Shown: positions 37,134 through 46,284 of the stretch, piece after piece
How positions within the stretch are numbered: the stretch's first letter is position 1
Layout: each line of letters opens with the position of its first letter
From: Falsiroseomonas sp.
Lineage (GTDB): Bacteria > Pseudomonadota > Alphaproteobacteria > Acetobacterales > Acetobacteraceae
Assembly: GCF_030695085.1 (NCBI RefSeq)
Contig: NZ_JAUYTS010000079.1
Location: 15,208 to 79,207 of the forward strand
Direction: 5' to 3'
Length of the DNA: 64,000 nucleotides
Translations under genes and position numbers: made by a program
Notes under the pieces: generated by a model
The model's database searches: none
The model's input: the letters and a program-made list of their open reading frames with translations, nothing else
What the model was told of the DNA's origin: nothing

Positions 37134-38612
37134 CTACCGGCGCCAGCCGCGCTCCAGCACCCGCGCCGCCGCCAGCCGGCCCGACATGGCGGCCATCGGG
37201 ATGCCCGGACCTGGGTGGACGGAGCCGCCAGCGAGGAACAGGCCGGGCAGGCGTGACCCGGCGCCGGGACGGGCGAAGGTGCCGGTGGCCCCGTGGCTGG
37301 CGCGGCCGTACAGCGCGCCGCCGGTGCCGGGGAACAGGCCGTGGAAGCCGGCCGGCGTGGTGGTCGTGGTGTTGCCGGGGGTCGCCTCGATCTCCAGGCC
37401 GCAGCGGCGCAGCAGGGCCAGGCTGCGGTGCTGCAACTGCTCCAGCGCATCGGGCGGCAGCTCGGCCAGGTCGCCATCGGCGGGGGCGTTGACCAGCAGC
37501 AGCAGGCGCTCGGGCGTGCCGGACGGCACCTCGGCATGGCCGCGATCCTGGGCGCAGATGTAGACGGTGGGTGCTTCCGTGATCTGGCGAGCGCGGAAGA
37601 TCGCAGCGAATTCGGCGGCGTAGTCCTCGGCGAAGAAGACGTTGTGGTGGGTCAGCGGAAAGCCATGCGTCACCGCGTTCATGCACCAGGTAACGGCGGA
37701 GAGGGACCGCGCGGCGCGCGGCGTATCGCGCGCCGCGCGGCGGGCGCCGCCGCCGAGCAACCCCTGGCCGAGCGCCGCGACATCACCGTTGAACACCACC
37801 GCATCGGCGGCCAGCGTTTCGCCGCCGGCCAGGCGCACGCCGGCGGCGCGGCCGTTCTGCACCAGGATCTCCCGCACCTCCGCATTGAAGCGGAAGCTGG
37901 TGCCCTGGCTTTCGGCGAGGTCGCGGATGGCATCCGCCACCCGTCGCATGCCGCCCTCCACCAGCCAGACGCCATCCTGTTCGACATGCGCCACCAGCAT
38001 CAGCGTGGCGGGGGCGAGGAAGGGGGAGCAGCCGCAATAGGTGGCGTAGCGCCCGAATAGTTGCCGCAGCCGCGGATCGGTGAAATGTGTCCCGAGTGCC
38101 TGCCACATCGTCGCCCAGGGCGCCGTGCGCCACAGCGCATCCAGCCGCCCGACCCGGCGCACCAGATCGAGCGGGGAGGGCCGCTGCGCGGCGATGAAGC
38201 TGTGCTGCAAGGTGCGGAAGATATCCGCGCTGCGGGCGGTGAAATCGCGAAACCCCTGCGCGTCCCGCGCGCCCGCGAAATCGCCAATGGCCTCGGCGGA
38301 TCGGTCGAGATCCGCGAACAGGTCGAGCCGCCCGCCCGCGCGCCAGGCATGTCGCGCCAGGATGTCGGCGCGGCGCAGCACCAGCGCATCCTCCAGCCTC
38401 CGCCCCGCATCCTCGAAAAGCCCCGCAAAAATCCAGCGCATGGTGAAGACGGTGGGGCCGCCATCGATCGCCGCGCCGCCGGCCTGCACATGGCGCATCT
38501 TGCCGCCCGGTGTCGCCGCGCGTTCCAGCACGGTGACGCGCACGCCCTGGCGGGCCAGATCCGCCGCGGCCGACAGGCCACCCATGCCGGCGCCGATGAC
38601 CACCACATGCAT
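37134..38612 (-). CDS. crtD: 1-hydroxycarotenoid 3,4-desaturase
   Basis: VVIGAGMGGLSAA, IDGGPTVFTMRWIF, LFGRYATYCGCSP, FPGTGGALYGRASHG and SVHPGPGIPMAAMSG motifs. Confidence 0.94.
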   Translation of the reverse strand: MHVVVIGAGMGGLSAAADLARQGVRVTVLERAATPGGKMRHVQAGGAAIDGGPTVFTMRWIFAGLFEDAGRRLEDALVLRRADILARHAWRAGGRLDLFADLDRSAEAIGDFAGARDAQGFRDFTARSADIFRTLQHSFIAAQRPSPLDLVRRVGRLDALWRTAPWATMWQALGTHFTDPRLRQLFGRYATYCGCSPFLAPATLMLVAHVEQDGVWLVEGGMRRVADAIRDLAESQGTSFRFNAEVREILVQNGRAAGVRLAGGETLAADAVVFNGDVAALGQGLLGGGARRAARDTPRAARSLSAVTWCMNAVTHGFPLTHHNVFFAEDYAAEFAAIFRARQITEAPTVYICAQDRGHAEVPSGTPERLLLLVNAPADGDLAELPPDALEQLQHRSLALLRRCGLEIEATPGNTTTTTPAGFHGLFPGTGGALYGRASHGATGTFARPGAGSRLPGLFLAGGSVHPGPGIPMAAMSGRLAAARVLERGWRR

Positions 38613-38616
38613 GGCG

Positions 38617-39348
38617 TCAGGCGACCGCGCGCTGCCGCTGCCGGTTGCGCGCCTGGCGCTCCACCTCCAGCCGGTGCCAGATGATCAGCGCGAGGCCGAT
38701 GATCAGCGGAATGCTCCACATGCCCGGATGCAGCGCCAGTTCCGGAAAGATGCGGACGGAGCCGAAGGCCATGAAGGCGGTGTAGACCGAGATTCCGGCG
38801 CCGACGAAGGCCTTGATATGCTCCTTCAGCCAGTCCTCCCGCCTCACGCGCGGCTTGTGCAGGAACCACAGATTGGTCAGCCCGGTGGCAACCCCGACCA
38901 CGGCGATGCCGATCATCAGATTCTGCCCGATGATCCAGCCCTGCACCGCGCAGACCAGCGCGGCGGCGATCACGGCGTATTGCAGCGCCAGGTTCAAGGG
39001 CGTGCGGTTGGCGGCATGGCGCTGCTTGCTGGTGATGCAGAGCCAGCCATACCAGGCGAGGTTGATGGTCAGGATGCCGGTGTGCAGCATCATCCAGCCG
39101 AACATGCCGCGCAGGAACGGCGCATCGTAATCCGCGGCCAAATGCGGATGCGTGCCGAAGGGATCGGCCAGCGTCAGCAGGCTCATCGCCACCGCGAAGC
39201 TCCCCGTCGCAAGCATGGCGAAGGTGAAAATGCGCCCCCAGCGGCGATGATTCGCGCCGCCCTTGCGCCCGATCACCGGCACCCAGAAGGCGATGGCGCC
39301 GGTCACGCCGGTCAGGATATGCGCGATGACCAGGCTGTGGAACAGCAT
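38617..39348 (-). CDS. Uncharacterised multi-TM membrane protein (DUF2306-like), directly upstream of crtD
   Basis: About 7 hydrophobic segments; HILTG..FWVPVIGRKGGANHRRWGR N-terminus and EHIKAFVGAGISVYTAF near the C-terminus; its stop is 4 nt before the crtD ATG. Start could be GTG 39357. Confidence 0.7.
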   Translation of the reverse strand: MLFHSLVIAHILTGVTGAIAFWVPVIGRKGGANHRRWGRIFTFAMLATGSFAVAMSLLTLADPFGTHPHLAADYDAPFLRGMFGWMMLHTGILTINLAWYGWLCITSKQRHAANRTPLNLALQYAVIAAALVCAVQGWIIGQNLMIGIAVVGVATGLTNLWFLHKPRVRREDWLKEHIKAFVGAGISVYTAFMAFGSVRIFPELALHPGMWSIPLIIGLALIIWHRLEVERQARNRQRQRAVA

Positions 39349-39361
39349 CAACGCCACCTGC

Positions 39362-39402
39362 TGTTCTCCTCCCTTGACAGAAAGTGACAATGCCACTTGA
39401 CA
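39362..39402. promoter_or_regulatory. Tandem PpsR boxes in the divergent membrane-protein/P450 intergenic region
   Basis: TGTTCTCCTCCCTTGACA (39362-39379, perfect TGT-N12-ACA) and TGACAATGCCACTTGACA (39385-39402, one mismatch; same half-sites as the crtE-region boxes). Confidence 0.8.
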
Positions 39403-39424
39403 GTTCCCGCTGCAAGGCGAGGAA

Positions 39425-40819
39425 ATGACGGCGATGGAAGGCTTTGGCGCCAGCGTGGCGCGAGAATTCGTGCCGCCGCACCCCACGCCGCGCTCCCCCG
39501 TGGTGGCGCTGTTCCGCGCGCTGCTGGAGGGGGAGGGAGATCTGCTCGGCCTGCTGCCGGCGGAAGCCTACACCATGCCGATCGGGCCGCTGGGCTATTC
39601 GCGGCGGTCCATCGTGGTGGTGAACGAGCCGAAGCTGGTGCGCCACGTGCTGGTGGACCCGGACGGCATCTTCCCGAAATCGGACCTGATGGTGAATGCG
39701 CTGGAGCCGCTGATCGGCGACAGCATTTTTGTCAGTTCCGGCGCCACCTGGAAGCGCCAGCGCCAGATGATGGACCCGGCGCTGACCCTGATGCGGGTGA
39801 ACCGCGCCTTCCCCTGCATGGAGGCCGGGATCGAGGCCGCGGAAGCGACGTTGGACCAGGCGGTGGCGTCGCGGGAGGCCTTCTCGCTGGACCTGGCGAT
39901 GAGCCATCTGACGGCGGATATCATCTGCCGTTCCGTCTTCTCCACCAGCCTGCAATCGCGCGTGGCGCATGAGGTGTTCGACGCCTTCACCTTCTTCGAA
40001 CGCAGCGTGGCCCAGGTGGAAATCCGCCGCCTGATCATGGACCGTGCCTGGACGCGCATCCCCCAGACCCAGGCGGTGCAGGACAGTTGCGCGCTGATCC
40101 GCCGCAGCCTCGGCGAACTGCTCGACAGCCACCTCGATGCCGGCCAGAGCTTCGACGACATCGCCAGCGCCGTCGTTGCCGCGCGGGATGGGGAAGGCCG
40201 CGCCTTCACGCGGGAGGAGTTGATCGACCAGCTCGGCGTGCTGTTCCTGGCCGGGCATGAAACCAGCGCCAGCGCGCTGACCTGGGTGTTCTACCTGTTG
40301 GCCTCGCGGCCCGACTACGTGGCGCGGCTGCGCGCGGAAATTACGGCGGTGTGCGGTGACGGGCCGATCGGCTTCGAACACACCAAGCGCCTGGTCTTCA
40401 CCCGAAACGTGTTCCGCGAAACGCTGCGCCTGTACCCGCCCATCACCTTCCTGCCGCGCATCGCCAATGAGGCGACGCGCATCGGAGACTACAAGGTGAA
40501 GCGCGGCGCGCTGATCATGATCGCCCCCTGGCTGATCCACCGGCACCGCCGCTACTGGACCAACCCCAACACCTTCGACCCGGATCGCTTCCTGCCGGAA
40601 CGCGAGGCGGAGATGACCTCCGGCGCCTACATCCCCTTCGGCATCGGCCCGCGCATCTGCGCCGGCGCCGCCTTCGCGACGGTGGAGGCGGTGCTGCTGA
40701 TCGCCCGCCTGTTCCGCCGCTTCGACTTTGCGCTGGTGGAGCCGCAGGATATCCGCCCGGCCGCGCGGCTGACCACGCGGCCGGCGCGGCAGATCCAGAT
40801 GCGGGTGACGGCGGCCTGA
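39425..40819 (+). CDS. Cytochrome P450
   Basis: I-helix FLAGHETSA, K-helix ETLR, FDPDRF and heme motif PFGIGPRICAG. Confidence 0.95.
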   Translation: MTAMEGFGASVAREFVPPHPTPRSPVVALFRALLEGEGDLLGLLPAEAYTMPIGPLGYSRRSIVVVNEPKLVRHVLVDPDGIFPKSDLMVNALEPLIGDSIFVSSGATWKRQRQMMDPALTLMRVNRAFPCMEAGIEAAEATLDQAVASREAFSLDLAMSHLTADIICRSVFSTSLQSRVAHEVFDAFTFFERSVAQVEIRRLIMDRAWTRIPQTQAVQDSCALIRRSLGELLDSHLDAGQSFDDIASAVVAARDGEGRAFTREELIDQLGVLFLAGHETSASALTWVFYLLASRPDYVARLRAEITAVCGDGPIGFEHTKRLVFTRNVFRETLRLYPPITFLPRIANEATRIGDYKVKRGALIMIAPWLIHRHRRYWTNPNTFDPDRFLPEREAEMTSGAYIPFGIGPRICAGAAFATVEAVLLIARLFRRFDFALVEPQDIRPAARLTTRPARQIQMRVTAA

Positions 40820-41937
40820 TGCCGACCGTGCTTCTGACGCTCGGCCGGTTGCCCAAGGCGCTCGACCTCGCGCGCGGTTTTTCCGGGATCGGTTGGCGCG
40901 TCGTCGTCGCTGAGCCCTTTGCGCGGCACCTCTGCGGATCCTCCCGCGCCGTTGCGAAATCCATCCGCGTACCGGCACCGGCGGATGGCAAGCCGGCCTA
41001 TCTGGCGGCGCTCGCCAAGGTGGTGCGGGATGAGGCGGTGGAGCTTGTGCTGCCGGTGTCGGAGGAGACGATGCATGTCGCCCACCTGCCGCCGCTGCTG
41101 CCGGACGGCGTGCGCGTGCTGACCATGCCGCCCGAGGTGCTGCTGCCGCTGCACCACAAGGGCGGCTTCGTCGCCTTTGCCCGCGCACACGGGTTGGACG
41201 TGCCGGATTCGGCGCCGCTCGGTGACGTGCGGGCGGAGGCGCTGGTGGCCACGGGCCGGGTGGTGGTGAAGCCGGTGCATGGTTGCTCCGGCCGCGGCGT
41301 GCTGATGTTGCCGCAGGGCGCGGCGCTGACGCCGGCGGAAGTGCCCTGCCTGGTGCAACGCTTCGTCGCCGGGGCGGAGTTCAGCACCTGTTCCCTCGCG
41401 CATCAGGGACGCGTGCTGGCCACTACGGTCTATCGCGGACTGCAGATGTCCGGCTCCGTTGCCGTGGCGTTCGAGCGTGTGGCGCATCCCGCCATCGAGG
41501 ATTGGGTGCGCCGTTTCGCCGCCGCCGCCAACTGGTCCGGCTTCATCGCCTTCGACCTGATCGTGGATGAAGCGGGCCGCCCCTGGGGGCTGGAATGCAA
41601 CCCTCGCACCACCAGCGGCCTGCATTTCTTCGAGCCCGCCGATCTGGCCCGCGCCGTGCTGGACCCGGCCGCCCCAACGCCGCGCCACCGGCCGGAAACG
41701 CGCTTGCAGCAATTCTGGTCCTGCCTGACGGAGACACAGCTTTCGCTGTTTCGCGGCGGCCCCTTCCGGCGCAATCTGCGCCAGTTGCTGACCACGCGCG
41801 ATGTCTGCTGGCAGGCGCGGGACCCGATGCCGCTGCTGGCGATGCCCTGGACCACCTGGCCCATCATTCGCATGGCGACGCAGAAGCGCGTTCCCTTCGG
41901 GGAGGTCGCGACGCTGGATGTAGGGTGGTACGCCTAG
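40819..41937 (+). CDS. ATP-grasp domain protein, uncharacterised
   Basis: VVKPVHGCSGRGV, LVQRFVAGAEFS, GFIAFDLIVD..PWGLECNPRTTSG (ATP-grasp ExN motif); TGATG overlap with the P450 stop. Confidence 0.85.
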   Translation: MPTVLLTLGRLPKALDLARGFSGIGWRVVVAEPFARHLCGSSRAVAKSIRVPAPADGKPAYLAALAKVVRDEAVELVLPVSEETMHVAHLPPLLPDGVRVLTMPPEVLLPLHHKGGFVAFARAHGLDVPDSAPLGDVRAEALVATGRVVVKPVHGCSGRGVLMLPQGAALTPAEVPCLVQRFVAGAEFSTCSLAHQGRVLATTVYRGLQMSGSVAVAFERVAHPAIEDWVRRFAAAANWSGFIAFDLIVDEAGRPWGLECNPRTTSGLHFFEPADLARAVLDPAAPTPRHRPETRLQQFWSCLTETQLSLFRGGPFRRNLRQLLTTRDVCWQARDPMPLLAMPWTTWPIIRMATQKRVPFGEVATLDVGWYA

Positions 41938-42092
41938 CCCGGCCTCAACCGAACACCTCGTCCGCGCCTGCGGCCAGGACACGCGGTTCCGGTTCACCGG
42001 CAGCGTCGCGATGCCCCTCTCGCCCAAGGTACGGCAGAATGGCGCCGGGTCGGTCCCCGCCTGTTTGTCATGCTGCGATCGACCAGCCCGGC

Positions 42093-42830
42093 TCAGCCGG
42101 TCGCCTCGAGGTCCGCCAGCACCGCCTCGACCGGGCCATCGGCCACGACGGTGCCGCCCTCGAGCCGGATCGCGCGGTTGCACCAGCGGCGCACCACGTC
42201 ATAGTCATGCGTCGCGACCACCATGATGTCGGCGCCACCGACCAGCCGGGCCAGCCGTTCCTCCGCCCTGGCCATGAAGGCCGCATCGCCGGCGAGGAAC
42301 CATTCATCCATCAGCAGCACCTGCGGCTGCAGGGCGGTGGCCATGGCGAAGGCCAGGCGCACGCTCATGCCGGCGGAAAAGGTCCGGATCGGCACGTCGA
42401 AGAAATCGCCCAGCGCGGCGAATTCCGCCACCTCCTCCGCCAGCAGGTCGCATTCGGCATCGGTCAGGCCGCGATACAGGCCGCGCAGGCGGACATTTTC
42501 CCGCCCCGTGGAATCCAGGTCCATGCCGGCGGCCACGTCGATCAGCGCGCCGATCTGGCCGGTGACGGTCAGGCTGCCGGCGACCGGTTCATAAACCCCG
42601 GCGAAGGTCCGCAGCAGGGTGGTCTTGCCCGCGCCATTGGGGCCGACCAGCGCCACGCGTTCACCGGTGCCGATGCGGAAATTCAGGTCCCGCAGCGCGG
42701 TGACGACAATGCGGTTGGAGGGGTCCTTGTGCAGCCGGGACCTGCCCATCAGCCGCTTCTTCAGCGACCGCGCGCCGATATGGTAGTACGGGAAATCCAG
42801 GCTGAGCCCGCGGGCTTCGATCACGGCCAT
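42093..42830 (-). CDS. Polysaccharide export ABC transporter ATP-binding protein (Wzt/RfbB-like)
   Basis: GPNGAGKTT Walker A, FSAGMSVRLAFA signature, LLMDEW Walker B and ATHD H-loop. Confidence 0.9.
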   Translation of the reverse strand: MAVIEARGLSLDFPYYHIGARSLKKRLMGRSRLHKDPSNRIVVTALRDLNFRIGTGERVALVGPNGAGKTTLLRTFAGVYEPVAGSLTVTGQIGALIDVAAGMDLDSTGRENVRLRGLYRGLTDAECDLLAEEVAEFAALGDFFDVPIRTFSAGMSVRLAFAMATALQPQVLLMDEWFLAGDAAFMARAEERLARLVGGADIMVVATHDYDVVRRWCNRAIRLEGGTVVADGPVEAVLADLEATG

Positions 42831-42841
42831 GCTTGCCTGCC

Positions 42842-43696
42842 CTAGACCCAGAAGGCCACGCGGCTGCGGAAGCGCACGAAGAACGCCGCCGCCATCGCCA
42901 CGGTCGCCAGCGTGTAGAGAATGGCCGCGAGCCAGGCCAAGGGTGGGCCGCCACCCTCCACCAGCGGGCCGCGCACCGTCTCCAGCAACGCATAGAACGG
43001 GTTCAGCGGCATCCAGACCTCCCACCCACCGAGCAGCTTCGGCTTCCACAGGATGGGGGTCAGGAAGAAGGCAAGCTGCATGATGCTGCCGACGATCGGG
43101 GCGATGTCGCGGAACCGGGCGCAGAGCATGCCAAGAAACAGCGCGGCGGCGACCGCGTTGATGGCGATCAGGATGAAGCCCGGGATGGCCAGCAGCGCCT
43201 CCGGCCCCGGCAGATGACCGCAGAGCAGGAAGACCAGCAGGATCAGCGGCAGGTTGTGCGCGGCGATGATGCCGTTGCGCATCGCACAGCGCAGCGCATG
43301 CACGGTATAGGGCAGCGGCAATTGCCGGATGATGGCCTCGGAGGAGGTCAGGCTGGTGGTGGCGTCATTCACCATCTGGCTGATGGCGTTCCAGATCACC
43401 AGGCTGACTGCCAGATGCGGCAGGTATTCCCGCAGCGGCAGGTCGAACAGCCGCGCATACAGCAGGCCGAGACCGGCCAGCATCACGCCGGTGGACAGGG
43501 TCAGCCAGAACGGGCCGAGGACGGAGCCGCGGTAGCGGTTGCGGATATCGAGCCAGGCGAGGGTAAGGGCCAGGCGCCAGCGGCTGGTGCCCAGCCGCAC
43601 ATCCTCGATCGCCTTGCGCAACCGCTGAGGGTCTGCCGAGTCGACATGATAAGCCGGCATCGTCGCGGCGGTCTGGTCCAGCATGCGGCGGCTCAT
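42842..43696 (-). CDS. Polysaccharide export ABC-2 permease (Wzm/RfbA-like)
   Basis: DIRNRYRGSVLGPFWLTL, RFRDIAPIV, FFLTPILW and NPFYALLETVRGPL motifs. Confidence 0.9.
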   Translation of the reverse strand: MSRRMLDQTAATMPAYHVDSADPQRLRKAIEDVRLGTSRWRLALTLAWLDIRNRYRGSVLGPFWLTLSTGVMLAGLGLLYARLFDLPLREYLPHLAVSLVIWNAISQMVNDATTSLTSSEAIIRQLPLPYTVHALRCAMRNGIIAAHNLPLILLVFLLCGHLPGPEALLAIPGFILIAINAVAAALFLGMLCARFRDIAPIVGSIMQLAFFLTPILWKPKLLGGWEVWMPLNPFYALLETVRGPLVEGGGPPLAWLAAILYTLATVAMAAAFFVRFRSRVAFWV

Positions 43697-43745
43697 AGCC
43701 CGGCGGATTACGCCGGGCCAGGGCTTCATGCCGGGTTGGCGACGA

Positions 43746-44363
43746 CTACTTCACGGCGCCGCGATTGCCCTGCGGCGAGGCATAGGGGCTGGAGACCTGC
43801 GCCCCGGTCCCGGCACCCGGCGCATAGCTCTGCGGGGGCAGGTAGGCCGGCGGCGGCGGGCCGCCCGCGGCGCGGGACAGGCGCACGCGGTCGCCGCGCG
43901 TGATCACCACGCGATCGCCGGCCTGAAGCCCTTCCTCATTCGTCTGCACCACGGCGATGTCGCCGCCACGATCCTCCCGCACCACGAATTCAATGGCGGT
44001 GCCGCGGGTCATGCCGCCTTCCACCGCGCTGCCGGCCAGGCCGCCGAGCAGCGCGCCACCGAGTCCGGCCAGCAGGTTGGAGCGGGTGTCGCCGCCGATG
44101 AAGCTGCCGGCGATGCCGCCCGCCACCGCGCCGCCCACCGTGCCGACGCCGGTGCTGCCGCCCGCGACCTGCACCGGCCGGCTGCCGACGATGGTGCCGT
44201 AGGAGACGGAGGCAGCGCTGCCCAGCGTGCCCGCGCGGACCGTGCTGCCGGTCTGCTGCGGCGCGCAGGCCGGAAGAGTGGCCACCAGGGCCAGCGCGGC
44301 GACGGCGGGGATCAGCCCCCGGGTCAGGCGCCCGTTGGTCAGACGCAGGGGTGTCAGGCGCAT
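43746..44363 (-). CDS. Glycine-zipper 2TM outer-membrane lipoprotein (SlyB-like)
   Basis: Signal peptide ending LPAC; glycine zipper GAVAGGIAGSFIG..GALLGGLAG; C-terminal IAVVQ..LQAGDRV. Confidence 0.85.
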   Translation of the reverse strand: MRLTPLRLTNGRLTRGLIPAVAALALVATLPACAPQQTGSTVRAGTLGSAASVSYGTIVGSRPVQVAGGSTGVGTVGGAVAGGIAGSFIGGDTRSNLLAGLGGALLGGLAGSAVEGGMTRGTAIEFVVREDRGGDIAVVQTNEEGLQAGDRVVITRGDRVRLSRAAGGPPPPAYLPPQSYAPGAGTGAQVSSPYASPQGNRGAVK

Positions 44364-44675
44364 GGTCACGTTACCTCTCAGCAAGATGTGCGGCAGGATC
44401 GGGTGCCGGAATGGTCGCGTCGGAGCCTTAGAAATAGGGCCTGCCCGCAATGTGTTCCACCATCAAGGCGCGATCCGGGCATCTTCTGCCATGATCTCGT
44501 CCTTGCTTCGGCCGGTCGCAATGGGTTAGGCAATTCGCTTAGATACTTGCGAGCGGACTTGAACGACGGGACGGAAGTCGGGGTTGGCCTGGGCTGGTGC
44601 ATCGCTAGGGGGCGATGTGGCGGCCGGGGGGGCAGGCCTCGGGATCGACACCCGCAACCGACGGAGATCCTGGGC

Positions 44676-46283
44676 ATGAACCGGTTCAGCGCTGCGGGCC
44701 CGAGGGGCCTTATGGGGCGCCCCCTGGCGACCTGCCTGATTCTGGGGATGCTGGCCGCCTGCGGCCAGACCTCGCAACAGGCTGTTACCCAATCGCCGGC
44801 GGCCGCCTCGCAATGGGCACGGCCGCATACCTACGACCCGCCCGGCCCGGCGCATGACCCCTGGGGCCCCTACATCACCCAGGCCTCGCAGCGCTTCGAC
44901 ATTCCGGAACGCTGGATCCGGGAGGTGATGCGCCAGGAATCCGGCGGCCGCGTCTCCGCCACCTCCCGCGTCGGCGCCATGGGGCTGATGCAGGTGATGC
45001 CCGGCACCTATCGTGAGTTGCGGGCGAAATACGGCCTCGGCACCGATCCCTACCATCCCTGGGACAGCCTGATGGCCGGCACCGCCTATCTGCGGGAGAT
45101 GTATGAGCTGTATGGCGCGCCGGGCTTCCTGGCGGCCTACAATGCCGGCCCGCGGCGGCTGGAGGATTACCTCTGGGGTGGCCGTGGCCTGCCGGCGGAG
45201 ACGCGCAACTACGTCGCCCGCATCGGGCCGCGCATCCAGGGCACCAATCCGGGCCGCCGTGCGGCGCCGGAGGTCTATGCCGCCGCCGAAATTCCACTGA
45301 GCATCCCGGCCGGCCCGCGCCGCGGCGATACCGCCACCATGCTGGCGCTGCGCGACCAGCGCCGCGCGGTGGATCCGGGCATTCAGATGGCCAGCCTGCC
45401 GCCGGGCCCGGTGGTGCGGATGGACCCGATCCCGGATGGCTCGACGCAAAGCTATTCCGCGCCGACGCAGATCGCCTCGGCCGGTGGGTTCATGGTGTCC
45501 CAGGCCGCGGCCCAGGGGACCTCGCCCAGCGCCATGCCGGGCACGGTGGTGGCGATGGCCCCGGTGGCGAGCCTGGGCGATTTCCAGACCCGCATGGAAC
45601 CGATCGCCAGCCCCGGCGACCACGCGGCCACCCCGCCACCGGCCAGCAGCTTCGCCAGCTTCCAGCAGGCGTCCTCGCAGGTAACGCGCATGGAGCCGGT
45701 GATCAGCCCCGGCGATCCGGGCAGCTTCGGCAACCCGGGCAGCGTCATCAGCTCCGGCAGCTTCAGCAACTTCGGGGGCGTCGCCGCGGAGCAACTCTCG
45801 CCAATGGCGCCGCCGCCGGCCGCGCCGCGTGTGGCCATGGCCTCCGCACCGCGGCCGGAGCCGCGCCCGCTCGCGCCTTCCGTCACGTCGCTGCAGCCGC
45901 AATCGCTGCCCTTCGTGCGGGTCGATCCGCCGGGCGTGGCCGCCTCGGCGCCCGCCTCGCGCGGCTTCGGCCTGATCCCGCAGGCGCAGGCGAGCACGTT
46001 GCCGGCGCGCCGCGCGGTTGCCACCGCCCCTGCGGGCGGCGGCAATTGGGGCATCCAGGTCGGTGCCTTCGCCTCCACCAACCTGGCGCGTGATGCGGCG
46101 GGCCAGGCGCGCAGCCGGGTTGGCGCCGCCGGCACCCAGGCGCAGGTGCAGCCGGTGCCGCAGGGGCGTTCCACCCTGTACCGGGCGCGCGTGACCGGGC
46201 TGGCCGACCGCGCCGCCGCCGAGCAGGCCTGTGAGCGTCTGCGCGGCCAGGGCGCCTGCATGGTGGTGGCGCCCGGCGTCTGA
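44676..46283 (+). CDS. Lytic transglycosylase (SLT) lipoprotein with C-terminal SPOR domain
   Basis: Lipobox LAAC; IREVMRQESGG, GAMGLMQVMPGTY and AAYNAGP; C-terminal WGIQVGAFAS..YRARVTG SPOR domain. Start 44676 or 44712. Confidence 0.9.
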   Translation: MNRFSAAGPRGLMGRPLATCLILGMLAACGQTSQQAVTQSPAAASQWARPHTYDPPGPAHDPWGPYITQASQRFDIPERWIREVMRQESGGRVSATSRVGAMGLMQVMPGTYRELRAKYGLGTDPYHPWDSLMAGTAYLREMYELYGAPGFLAAYNAGPRRLEDYLWGGRGLPAETRNYVARIGPRIQGTNPGRRAAPEVYAAAEIPLSIPAGPRRGDTATMLALRDQRRAVDPGIQMASLPPGPVVRMDPIPDGSTQSYSAPTQIASAGGFMVSQAAAQGTSPSAMPGTVVAMAPVASLGDFQTRMEPIASPGDHAATPPPASSFASFQQASSQVTRMEPVISPGDPGSFGNPGSVISSGSFSNFGGVAAEQLSPMAPPPAAPRVAMASAPRPEPRPLAPSVTSLQPQSLPFVRVDPPGVAASAPASRGFGLIPQAQASTLPARRAVATAPAGGGNWGIQVGAFASTNLARDAAGQARSRVGAAGTQAQVQPVPQGRSTLYRARVTGLADRAAAEQACERLRGQGACMVVAPGV

Positions 46284-46284
46284 C

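Noticed and set aside
44525-44542. Possible CtrA or Fnr site in the slyB/SLT intergenic region
   Set aside because: TTAG-N9-TTAG does not match TTAA-N7-TTAA, and there is no TTGAT-N4-ATCAA.
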